NCBI GenBank assembly: GCA_027317865.1
Contig: DAHVQG010000003.1
Location: forward strand, 159,263-223,262
Length of the DNA: 64,000 nt
Reading direction: 5' to 3'
From: Bdellovibrionales bacterium
GTDB taxonomy: Bacteria; Bdellovibrionota; Bdellovibrionia; Bdellovibrionales; UBA1609
Shown: one piece after another, positions 1 through 9,181 of the stretch
Layout: each line of letters begins with the position of its first letter
How positions within the stretch are numbered: position 1 is the stretch's first letter
Notes under the pieces: generated by a model
Seen by the model: the letters and a program-made list of their open reading frames with translations, nothing else
Told to the model about the DNA's origin: nothing
The model's database searches: none
Translations under genes and position numbers: made by a program

Positions 1-390
1 AACGGCGCAAATTTTACTTCGGCGTGGGGTTTTTCAAACCTCCGATCCGCACTTCAGCGGTGGGCCAATCGGGGAGTTCGCGACTCGATCAATTCCAGTC
101 AAATCACTTCAAACTCGGGCGTTGTCATCATTTTGTCACCTGGCAAAATTAATTCGGCGGTCTATCCGCTCTTAATGGCCGCTATTCGCCGAATTCGAGA
201 CGTTGCCGTTGTCATGGTCAGTTCACAACTCCCGCCAGAAAACATCGCATTTGACGCTCACGCTGCCAATCGCAAAGGCATAGCCGATAATTTTGCGATT
301 GTTCAGTTGAAGCCCGAAGTCGAATGGATGTTAAAGAGGCGCACGTCGACAGAAATCAAATTGCCAACGTGTGAGGGCACTCTCGAGTGA
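1..390 (+). CDS. Hypothetical protein, 5' end outside window
   Basis: Frame 1 is open from base 1 to TGA at 388-390 (NGANFTSAW...KLPTCEGTLE*); the stop overlaps the GTG of the next gene (GTGA). Confidence 0.7.
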   Translation, partial: NGANFTSAWGFSNLRSALQRWANRGVRDSINSSQITSNSGVVIILSPGKINSAVYPLLMAAIRRIRDVAVVMVSSQLPPENIAFDAHAANRKGIADNFAIVQLKPEVEWMLKRRTSTEIKLPTCEGTLE

Positions 391-2114
391 AAGAATTGTC
401 GGGTGTCGCGAAGATTTCGTGTGCCGTTTCGCGTGTGAGTTCGTGGGCCATGATTTTAGTCGCGGTCGCCATTTCGATGACGGCATCGGGCTTTTTAATG
501 GCGCAACCTCGAATACAGCGATCACGCCGGTTGCGCCAAGTGGGTCAACAATTAAACCGCCAATTCATCCCCGGCATCGATCTCGATTCATGGACAAACG
601 TTCTTGTTCATCCGTCAGGAACAGAATCGCCGACGAGCTTTTCGTTGCCAACCGAAGGTCAAATTTTGCTCGACAAGCGTGAACCACGGGCGATTTTTGC
701 CGACTTGCTGGCGCGGCTTAAGAAAATCAAATTAATCGGCGCAAATGACGAGGAATCGGCCCAAAACTATGCAAACCTTGCGCGACGTTTTGAAGAAATG
801 CGCCAATGGTATCGTTACGATTTAAAAATCCCCATATTGCAAAAGCGACGCGTCCTTTACCTCATGCAGATTCTTGCCGAAGAAATTATGTATGTTGGTT
901 CGAAAAAATATCCGACGCAATTTCCGCCTGTTATTCGTGTTTCGCAACTTGATCCGCAAGCGGCTGAATTAGCCGAGAAAAACCCGCGCGCGGCAACGTT
1001 TGTCGGGTATCGGGTTTTAACTGGAGACGTGATTTTGTCAAAGGCGGTTGGCGACGGTTCAAGCGAATTGATCGCTTTTTTGATGCGAAGCCGGCACATT
1101 TTTTCGCATGTAACTGTTGCCGATGTTGATCCGCAGACGCACTCCCTTATGTCGCCTGAAGCATTGATACAAGATGGGTTGAAGTTACGGTGGATTGATT
1201 CGGAATACGATCCAAAACCGCCAAAAGAACCGACAAAGTCGCGGATATTTATTTACCGCCTGGTCGCTTCGCCACAAACTGAGAATCAAGTTTCGAATGC
1301 GGTAGCGGAGGGTGTCGATCGGTTTGTCTCATGGATGTACTCGCGCGTAAAAGATCCGTTTCAAGAAGCAGCCGCGCCGTATGATCATTCAATGAATCCG
1401 TTCAAACAAAATCAATTTATTTGCACCACCACTGTTTGGAACATATACAATCGGGTCAAAGCGATTCTGCAAAGCCAGGCCGGAGCCAGAAATATAAAAT
1501 ACGACGTGGATTTTTTCAGAGATGATATTAATGGCTACGCCGAGCCGTACTGGAGTGACGTAAACCCTCGAAACGCCTTGTTGGTAAAAGCACTGGGTGT
1601 AAAACGTATTTCGATTCCCGCGCCGGGCGATTTGGAGGTTGATCCGAATTTCGAACTCGTCGGTTCGGTTGTAAATGTAAGCACATTGCCTCAAGAGCGT
1701 ATTGAGGCAGCCATTGTGGATTACATTTTGAATTTTTTCGGCAGCCGCCGTGTGCAGGAAGTTCTTGGTTTTCTCGCAAAATTGCGGCAGGTCAATTGGA
1801 CGCCGCAAGAAATGGCGGCTCTTGAAAAAGCTGATGTTTTGCCCGCGGCGGCCTTAAAAAAAATGCAAGCGATTTCGCGGCAAATTCCACCGGGGATGTC
1901 GGTTAATCAAGTTACCTTTTTCTATTTTTTAGATAATGTCTTCACGCCAAAAATTCGCGCGATGGTTACCGCTCAGGTCGGTTCGAAGATCATCGGGTTT
2001 GATTCGCTTTATTCGTTAGTAGCAGGCGATGTGAATGCGGTCTGGAAAAACACAGTGCGCAAATTTGCGGGTATTCATCAGTTGAACGATTGCGCTGCCG
2101 TTTTACAGCAATAG
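387..2114 (+). CDS. Secreted permuted papain-like (YiiX/YebB, NlpC/P60 superfamily) enzyme
   Basis: Hydrophobic N-terminus; TGDVILS...FSHV (His) precedes PYD...FICTT (Cys), the permuted NlpC/P60 order. Confidence 0.6.
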   Translation: MKELSGVAKISCAVSRVSSWAMILVAVAISMTASGFLMAQPRIQRSRRLRQVGQQLNRQFIPGIDLDSWTNVLVHPSGTESPTSFSLPTEGQILLDKREPRAIFADLLARLKKIKLIGANDEESAQNYANLARRFEEMRQWYRYDLKIPILQKRRVLYLMQILAEEIMYVGSKKYPTQFPPVIRVSQLDPQAAELAEKNPRAATFVGYRVLTGDVILSKAVGDGSSELIAFLMRSRHIFSHVTVADVDPQTHSLMSPEALIQDGLKLRWIDSEYDPKPPKEPTKSRIFIYRLVASPQTENQVSNAVAEGVDRFVSWMYSRVKDPFQEAAAPYDHSMNPFKQNQFICTTTVWNIYNRVKAILQSQAGARNIKYDVDFFRDDINGYAEPYWSDVNPRNALLVKALGVKRISIPAPGDLEVDPNFELVGSVVNVSTLPQERIEAAIVDYILNFFGSRRVQEVLGFLAKLRQVNWTPQEMAALEKADVLPAAALKKMQAISRQIPPGMSVNQVTFFYFLDNVFTPKIRAMVTAQVGSKIIGFDSLYSLVAGDVNAVWKNTVRKFAGIHQLNDCAAVLQQ

Positions 2115-2156
2115 CATTTAGCTGCAATTGCGTGTCGCGACCCCCGTCGTTGCCTC

Positions 2157-3641
2157 CTAAATAACCAATTTTAATACCGGAGCTTTTCGCAGTAGATATT
2201 CGCACGGGGACTGATAGGGTTTCTCGCGCAAGCGGTTTAGGTCGACCCCCAGTTTTTGTAAGAACGGTACAATTTCGGAGCGTGGTTTTACGACGACCGG
2301 GAGTAAATAGGTTTTAGTACCTGCGGAGTCTTCCCAATAAGGGCGCGACTGGTGGCCGTAATTTGCTGGTGCGTGCAAGGTACCTGCTGGCGTGTAAATA
2401 ATCGCCCCACCGGTTGCAGATTCAATTTGATGAACTTGCATAATTTCGATCGGTTTTAGTTTGCCGGGTTCGCCCATAAACATTTGATAGCTTTCTGGGA
2501 AGTGCGACCGGGCGAGCGCATCAACGTAAAAATAAATATTTTCCGAACCTTCCATTTTATAAATTGAAATTATCTCGCGAGTTTCGGGCATGTTTTGTAT
2601 AACCGCTTGCCCGGTTTTGAGCCGTTCAGAAAGTAGATTGCGTTGAGTCGGAGTGGCCTCATTCAAGCAGGTTGAATCGTTCGGTGCGCTAATTCGGAGC
2701 ATTCCATCTGGCTCCAGCTGAACTGTTATGATTCGGCCCGGTTCGGTTGCTGTCGAGGCAAAAACTTCGAGTTTGAGAACGTTATATTGGCACTTCGAAA
2801 AAATGCTATGCTCGCTTTTCGAATAAAATTGATACATTTCGGGTTTGTCGAGATTGCCGAAATAAAATGGGTGGCGTCCGGTATAGTGGGCAGTGGTAGC
2901 TGTATCTTTTGCCGATAAAATGGCAACGTAATTACCGCGGCGATCGATCCACATTTGATTAACATTCAGGTCGCGAATCGAGCCTTTTGTAATCGGCATT
3001 AGTTTATCAAAGTGTGAAGTAGCTGAAATCAAGGGTTCATCATTGAGGTCGTCGTGAAGCCCGCCATAAACTGGGCCCGCGGGATTGAGCGTACCCTTTT
3101 CAATGGAATTTTTAGCAATGGAGCGCAATCGGGCAAGGCCTTGCGAACTAGGGTCAATTGCAAGTGACTCGATTTGAAAATTGAAATGGTCGGTCTCGAG
3201 CTGGCGCAGTGTAAAATCAGTTGCGGCCGACTCCTTTGTCCGCTCTTGATAACTTTGCCGAACTTCAGTGCGCAGCTGTTGAACTAAATCGGGGGGTGCC
3301 GTTTGGGAGTCAAAGTTTACCCACCACTGTAGATCGTGCTTTAACTTATTCGGTATCGCAATAAACAAACTCTGATAGGGTAGCGTCACTTTAACGCGAA
3401 CGCGAACGATTTCAGTAGTTGCGGCCAATCGAATGGGACGGTCTTGAATTTCGTAGTCTTTTTGCAGCCAACGAAGGTAAACATGAGCTCGATAGCCGCC
3501 TTTGTCGAAACTTGATACCGGGCTGCGCACGATAAACTCAGGGGCGCTTTCGCTCGCGACGCTGCTGCCAAGGTCCGTAACTGTTGTGGCCCGCAGTGGA
3601 GAAATTGCGAACATGATCGTTGTGAGAATTATCCACTTCAT
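2157..3641 (-). CDS. Secreted hypothetical protein
   Basis: 494 aa ORF, signal peptide MKWIILTTIMFAISPLRA. Confidence 0.75.
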   Translation of the reverse strand: MKWIILTTIMFAISPLRATTVTDLGSSVASESAPEFIVRSPVSSFDKGGYRAHVYLRWLQKDYEIQDRPIRLAATTEIVRVRVKVTLPYQSLFIAIPNKLKHDLQWWVNFDSQTAPPDLVQQLRTEVRQSYQERTKESAATDFTLRQLETDHFNFQIESLAIDPSSQGLARLRSIAKNSIEKGTLNPAGPVYGGLHDDLNDEPLISATSHFDKLMPITKGSIRDLNVNQMWIDRRGNYVAILSAKDTATTAHYTGRHPFYFGNLDKPEMYQFYSKSEHSIFSKCQYNVLKLEVFASTATEPGRIITVQLEPDGMLRISAPNDSTCLNEATPTQRNLLSERLKTGQAVIQNMPETREIISIYKMEGSENIYFYVDALARSHFPESYQMFMGEPGKLKPIEIMQVHQIESATGGAIIYTPAGTLHAPANYGHQSRPYWEDSAGTKTYLLPVVVKPRSEIVPFLQKLGVDLNRLREKPYQSPCEYLLRKAPVLKLVI

Positions 3642-3737
3642 AACTTTCGAAACTTATTAGCACTCCCGTTTAACAGCGGACAGTGTTTGCGTGTAAAAGA
3701 ACCTTGATGCGAAGGTCGCTTCATCGAAGCGCCGTGA

Positions 3738-3752
3738 CGGCATCATATTTGC
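3738..3752 (+). promoter_or_regulatory. Sigma-54 (-24/-12) promoter of the hemerythrin gene
   Basis: CGGCAT-CATAT-TTGC, matching YGGCAC-N5-TTGC with correct spacing. Confidence 0.6.
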
Positions 3753-3765
3753 AAATAAAATACAC

Positions 3766-4257
3766 ATGACAATTTATGACGAACTTCACTCCGACCATCT
3801 TAAGTTGATCGGTTTGATCGATGAGCTATTGGACATGCCCGACAGAGGCGATGAAGATTACCGCACCAACTTGATTCGCGACATTGAAGTTGAAGTTGTC
3901 CTTCATGTACGCGCCGAAGAAAAACTTCTGTTCGATTCGATGCGATCGCAAAAGAATCCGGCCTACATGAATCTGCTGCAGCGAGCGCTTAAACAACATC
4001 GCGAAGTGGAGCAAATGCTTTATGCGCTTCGGGAGAAGAACAAACAGGACGAAGAAAATTCGAGTGCGGTCTGGCGGAGCGCAGCCGAAGACTTTCGAGA
4101 CGCACTGGTTCACCATATTAGTCATGAGGAATTGAAATTGATACCTGTTGCACGCAAAGCGTTTACCGCCAGAGAAAATATTCAAATGGGTACGGACTTT
4201 CTTGAGCTTAAAAATGAAATGCGCGTGCAGGGGATACCAATGCTTCGTTACGCTTGA
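3766..4257 (+). CDS. Hemerythrin/HHE cation-binding domain protein
   Basis: DH..., HVRAEE, QHREVE and HHISHEE motifs. Confidence 0.85.
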   Translation: MTIYDELHSDHLKLIGLIDELLDMPDRGDEDYRTNLIRDIEVEVVLHVRAEEKLLFDSMRSQKNPAYMNLLQRALKQHREVEQMLYALREKNKQDEENSSAVWRSAAEDFRDALVHHISHEELKLIPVARKAFTARENIQMGTDFLELKNEMRVQGIPMLRYA

Positions 4258-4289
4258 CTCAAATTCGTGACGCAGCGACGATGTTGTAA

Positions 4290-5465
4290 ATGGAACTCCC
4301 ACAATGGCGTCGGGTCGTTGTCAAACTCGGTACACAAGTCGTCGTCGATGATTCCGGTCGGTTTGCCGCCGATCGAATCGCGAACATTCTCGCTGATTTG
4401 CTTGAAGGGGCAAAAGAGCGAATTCTTGTGACAAGTGGTGCTGTTGGCCTCGGGCGTGCTCGGCTATTGAAAAATCGCACCCAATCGCTTGTGCAAAAAC
4501 AGGCGTGCGCGGCCGTGGGGCAATCCCTTCTCATGAACGAATACCACCGGTTATTGCAGCGTCACGAAGTTTGTGCCGCACAAATGTTGGTGACCTCCGA
4601 CGATTTAACCGATCGGCAAAAGTATTTAAATTTTTCTGAGACGCTAAACGAACTTTTACGAATGAAGGCGCTACCGATTCTTAACGAAAACGATTCAATC
4701 TCAACGGCCGAACTGCAAGTTGGCAAAAGTTTTGGCGATAACGACAAGCTTTCGGCAATCGTGGCGGCCAAAATGGGAGCCGACCTTCTCGTGATTCTTT
4801 CGAATGTGAGCGGATTTTACAAAACCAATCCTCGCACCGATCAACGCGCTGAGCGGCTGGGTATTGTCGACGACTGGTCCATTTTGAACGAGATTGAAAT
4901 TGGCGAAGTGTCGCGCGGTGGGCGCGGTGGCATTGACACGAAAATTCAAGCGGCGAAGATTGCGGCGATGAACGGTGTTTACACGGTTGTGGCCGACGGC
5001 TTTCAAGCCGGGATATTAAAACAAATTTTATCTATGAGGGAGTGGCGAAGCGACGCGCCCTTTAGCCTCGTTTTGCCAAGATTCAAATTACCGGCTCGCA
5101 AGGCATGGATAGGATTTTCTGCTAATACGGCGGGCTCAATTGTAATTAACGACGGAGCAGTCGCGGCGATTTTAAACAGAGGCGCAAGTCTCTTGCCTGT
5201 TGGTATAATCAGGTTGGATGGACGATTCACGGCAAACTCGATTGTAAGTGTGACAACCGAAAACGGTGAAGAGATGGGCCGTGGACTTGTCGCGGTATCA
5301 AGCGACGAGCTTGGGCGGATGATCAAATCCGCACAGGCGAAAACTGGCGATCCTGTTTCACACAAAGTGAACTCGAAACTAGTGGCCATACACAAAGATA
5401 ACCTCGTGATCTATCGTGAAATTCGTCGCCAAAATAGTGAAAACGAAAAGAACAAACATGAATAA
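4290..5465 (+). CDS. proB: Glutamate 5-kinase
   Basis: VVVKLGT, TSGAV, NENDSI, FGDNDKLS motifs and C-terminal PUA domain. Confidence 0.96.
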   Translation: MELPQWRRVVVKLGTQVVVDDSGRFAADRIANILADLLEGAKERILVTSGAVGLGRARLLKNRTQSLVQKQACAAVGQSLLMNEYHRLLQRHEVCAAQMLVTSDDLTDRQKYLNFSETLNELLRMKALPILNENDSISTAELQVGKSFGDNDKLSAIVAAKMGADLLVILSNVSGFYKTNPRTDQRAERLGIVDDWSILNEIEIGEVSRGGRGGIDTKIQAAKIAAMNGVYTVVADGFQAGILKQILSMREWRSDAPFSLVLPRFKLPARKAWIGFSANTAGSIVINDGAVAAILNRGASLLPVGIIRLDGRFTANSIVSVTTENGEEMGRGLVAVSSDELGRMIKSAQAKTGDPVSHKVNSKLVAIHKDNLVIYREIRRQNSENEKNKHE

Positions 5466-6786
5466 AGACTCACGGGTGAGAAAAATTGAAAAAGCGGCGG
5501 CGGCGGCCTTAGTTATGCCGGCACTTTCTGCGGATCAAAAAGCGACGGCGCTCAGTAGTTTTGCTGATCGAATTTGGCGCAAAAAAGATAATTTGCTCCA
5601 AGCAAATGCGCGGGATCTCAACCGCGAAAAGAAGTCGTTGCCTGCGGCGCTTTTGGCGCGCTTGAAACTTGACGAAGGTAAAATTGCCACGTTATGCGAG
5701 GGGATTCGTGCTCTTGCCAATGCGGAAGACCCCGTCCATCGCGTGATTGATCGCATTGAACTTGACCAGGGTTTGGTTCTTGAGAAAAGGACCGTTCCGA
5801 TTGGGGTGATCGCAGTTATTTTTGAATCGCGTCCCGATGTCATCCCCCAAATATTGTCGTTGATTCTGAAAAGCGGAAACGTGGCTCTGTTAAAGGGCGG
5901 GCGTGAAGCCCGATTGACCAATTTGGCGTTTATGAAAATCGTCTCTGAGCTGAATCGTGAATTGCGTTTTTTACCCGGCGCTTGGGCACAATTGTTTATT
6001 GAACGAAGTGATGTGGACCTAATATTGAAACAAAATAAGTTGGTAAATTTAGTCATACCACGCGGTTCAAATGCGTTGGTACAAGCGATCATGAATAAGA
6101 CAAAAATTCCAGTTCTCGGACACGCCGACGGAGTTTGCCATTTGTATTGGGATGAATCCGCCGATTTTGCGACGGTTCGTCGCGTAGTAATCGACGCAAA
6201 GACACAGTATCCGGCGGTGTGTAATGCCGTCGAAACGCTTCTCGTACATCGGTCGCGTGTCGCCGAGCTGGGCGAATTGCTTCACGAATTGGACAATCGT
6301 GGAGTTAAAATTTTTGGAGATTCTTCAGTTCAGCGTTTATATCACGCGACTTTAAAAAAGAAAGCGGGCCGAGCCGGCAATTGGCACACCGAATACGGCG
6401 ATCTTGCGCTATCGGTGCGTATTGTCGCCTCGGTAAGCGAAGCGATCGCCCACATCAATCGATTTGGCTCACATCATACCGACGGAATTTTAACTCGCGA
6501 TTTGAAATCGAAGCAGTCATTTTTGGCGGGTGTTGATTCTGCAACGATAACCGTAAACGCTTCGACTCGATTTGCTGACGGGTATCGGTTCGGAATGGGT
6601 GCAGAAGTCGGTATTTCAACGAGTAAAATTCACGCTCGCGGCCCCGTTGGCGTGGAGGGCCTCATGACAAATCAGTTTGTGTTGGTAGGGGATGGGCATA
6701 TTGTAGGCGACTATGTTGCGACAAACGACGGGGAGATGCCCGCGCGTAAACCGGTTCGAAAGTTCACCCACCGGCGGCTTATTTAA
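5458..6786 (+). CDS. proA: Gamma-glutamyl phosphate reductase
   Basis: IFESRPDV, VIPRGS, CNAVETLL, NASTRFADG, EVGISTSKIHARGPVG; ATG at 5458 overlaps the end of proB. Confidence 0.96.
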   Translation: MNKDSRVRKIEKAAAAALVMPALSADQKATALSSFADRIWRKKDNLLQANARDLNREKKSLPAALLARLKLDEGKIATLCEGIRALANAEDPVHRVIDRIELDQGLVLEKRTVPIGVIAVIFESRPDVIPQILSLILKSGNVALLKGGREARLTNLAFMKIVSELNRELRFLPGAWAQLFIERSDVDLILKQNKLVNLVIPRGSNALVQAIMNKTKIPVLGHADGVCHLYWDESADFATVRRVVIDAKTQYPAVCNAVETLLVHRSRVAELGELLHELDNRGVKIFGDSSVQRLYHATLKKKAGRAGNWHTEYGDLALSVRIVASVSEAIAHINRFGSHHTDGILTRDLKSKQSFLAGVDSATITVNASTRFADGYRFGMGAEVGISTSKIHARGPVGVEGLMTNQFVLVGDGHIVGDYVATNDGEMPARKPVRKFTHRRLI

Positions 6787-9181
6787 GCTCGATCCAGGTT
6801 ACGCCATCGCCACCTGTTTCTTTAGTTCCGGCTTGCCATTTTTTTACATACACGCTTCGCGATAGATAAGTGCGCACGCCACGTTTCAACATATCGGCTG
6901 CGCCATGACCGTGAATGATCTTGACTCGATCGACATTGCCAAGAGCCGCGGCATCCAATTGTATTTCAAGTGTTGAAATTGCTTCTTCTACCGTGAGGCC
7001 GCGCAAGTCGACTACTCGATCAGTCTCAGCTGATTTTGATACAAATCCCGATGTTTTACCCAACCATTTCGAAATGGTACCGCTATCCGCAGAAGGGTTA
7101 AGGTCTCGCCATGAAATCATCAAACGCATTGAACTCGATAAAACCGGGACATCGCCCTTTGAATTCGGACGCCCTTGCACAATTCCGTTGCGGTCTAGGC
7201 TTTTGATATAGACCCCGGTGCCAGGCGGGCATTGCCGCGAAAAATCATCGGCAGAAGCAAAAGCACCGCTGGCCGTTTTTTTAATCCGATTACCAGAGGG
7301 CGCTGTTTCGCCGGCTTTGATGATTGTCGGGAGTTCTTGTTTGATTTGCGACAAGCGTTCGTGGCGGCTAAAGATCTCCTGAGCCTTAGTTTCTTGAATA
7401 AGACTCTCGATTCGAGCCTCGGCTTTCTTGAGCTCTTTTTGAAGCATTTCGTCTTTCTCTTTTTCAAATTTTTCACGTGCCAGTTCGAGCTCGGAGCGCG
7501 ATTTTTCAGCCTCCATTTGTCGCGCGCGAACGTCATCGTTCAGGTTAAGCAAATCTTTTTTCATTTGTTCGATTTCGCTCAGCGCGTTTTGGTATTGCCT
7601 GGCTTCAGGGCTCAAATAATGTTTCGCTCGATCGACAATAGTTCGGTCAACGCCAATCCGTTCAGCGGTTTGCAGCGCAAGCGATGGTCCGGGAACGCCC
7701 ATAATAAAGCGATACGTCGGTCCACGTTTTTGGTTAAATTCGAGACTGCCATTGATAACACCATCCGGCCAACCGTGCTTGAGCGCGCCAAGGTGAGATG
7801 TGATGACTCCAAAAGAAGCGTTGTCTTTATACCGATCGATAAAACTTCGCGCTAGAGCGGCGCCCTCTTCAGGGTCGGTTGAACCGCAAATTTCGTCAAT
7901 CAGAACGAGCGTATCTTCGCCTTGCACGTTGGCTGCGCGTTCGAGCGCGCGCAAATGCGCGGCAAAAGTACTCAGATTGGCGTCGACGCTTTGCGAGTCA
8001 CCGAGGGCGACGACCATCGTGCTAAAAAACGGCAGCCGTGAACCATCGGATGCGCAAATGAAAAGCCCGGCGCGTGCCATTTGAGCGGCTAAACCAACGG
8101 CCTTCAGTAGAACTGTTTTGCCTCCGGCATTAGGCCCGGATAGTAATAAAATTCGTCTCTCGGGCGCGAGTTCGACCGTATTAGCAACGACTGGTACCCC
8201 GTTTATAACTAAAAGAGGATGGCGCAAATCACGCAGATATAAACCAGCTATTGAAGCGTTACTGTCTGATAATTCTTCCGGATTCGCATTTGTAAATTCG
8301 CACGTGGTCGCTTGCATGAGTTCCGCGATTTTGGCCTGAGCGAGCCGTGCGTCCGCATTCAGCATAATTTGCTTTGAATCTTCAAACTGAAACCGCAATG
8401 TGGCTAAATATTTCGATAGCTCCGTGAGCAAGCGCTCGATCTCTTCTTCGATGGCGATCTCAATTTCGCGCAACCGGTTATTGATCGGGATGGTCTCTTG
8501 CGGCTCCATAAATACTGTTTGTTTGGTTTGGCTCGAGTCATGAATGATCCCTTCAAAACCGTGCTGCATTCCACTTTTGATCGGTAAAACCCAGCGGCCT
8601 TCGCGCGTCGTCACGTAACGGTCTTGTACCAGGTGTTCAATTTGAAAACTCTTAACCAGCCGATCGAGAATCAGTTGTACTTGTCGGGCGAGTTGCGTCT
8701 TCTCGGCGTTGAGTTGATAAAGGCGTTCACTCGCGTCGGTTCGAATGTCGCCGGCTGGTGTTAAAATTTGATCAATTGCCGCAAGCGGTTCATCGGCCCG
8801 CATCAGTTTTTCGTGGACGTCGCGCAGCGAGGAGATCGCCATTTCTTCAATAACTTCACGAAGAGTGACGACTTCTTGGCAAAAATGACGAACGTCTTTA
8901 AGTTCAATTGTGCGCAATACCGCGTTTCGGGCAAGGCGTTGATGCCATTGCGTAAACAAATCGAGGCTGGTCATTTGTGGGCGCATACCCGCGGCCAAAA
9001 GCCGTGACCACGATTCAATTTCACGCATGGATTGACGGGCCTCTTGCGGCGACGAAAGAGCCCGAAGTCCGCGAATTTTTTCGCGAGTCAGGTCGGCCGT
9101 CGCAAAAGTGGCCAGCCGAGCGAGGAGCTCTTGCCAGTCCAAGCTGATCGATTCATCGACTGAAAGCGGCGTAACCGTCAT
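6779..9181 (-). CDS. mutS2: Endonuclease MutS2 / ribosome-collision factor
   Basis: SGPNAGGKT Walker A, LSTFAAH, DEICGSTDPEEG and C-terminal Smr domain (DLRG...IIHGHG). Confidence 0.95.
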   Translation of the reverse strand: MTVTPLSVDESISLDWQELLARLATFATADLTREKIRGLRALSSPQEARQSMREIESWSRLLAAGMRPQMTSLDLFTQWHQRLARNAVLRTIELKDVRHFCQEVVTLREVIEEMAISSLRDVHEKLMRADEPLAAIDQILTPAGDIRTDASERLYQLNAEKTQLARQVQLILDRLVKSFQIEHLVQDRYVTTREGRWVLPIKSGMQHGFEGIIHDSSQTKQTVFMEPQETIPINNRLREIEIAIEEEIERLLTELSKYLATLRFQFEDSKQIMLNADARLAQAKIAELMQATTCEFTNANPEELSDSNASIAGLYLRDLRHPLLVINGVPVVANTVELAPERRILLLSGPNAGGKTVLLKAVGLAAQMARAGLFICASDGSRLPFFSTMVVALGDSQSVDANLSTFAAHLRALERAANVQGEDTLVLIDEICGSTDPEEGAALARSFIDRYKDNASFGVITSHLGALKHGWPDGVINGSLEFNQKRGPTYRFIMGVPGPSLALQTAERIGVDRTIVDRAKHYLSPEARQYQNALSEIEQMKKDLLNLNDDVRARQMEAEKSRSELELAREKFEKEKDEMLQKELKKAEARIESLIQETKAQEIFSRHERLSQIKQELPTIIKAGETAPSGNRIKKTASGAFASADDFSRQCPPGTGVYIKSLDRNGIVQGRPNSKGDVPVLSSSMRLMISWRDLNPSADSGTISKWLGKTSGFVSKSAETDRVVDLRGLTVEEAISTLEIQLDAAALGNVDRVKIIHGHGAADMLKRGVRTYLSRSVYVKKWQAGTKETGGDGVTWIELK

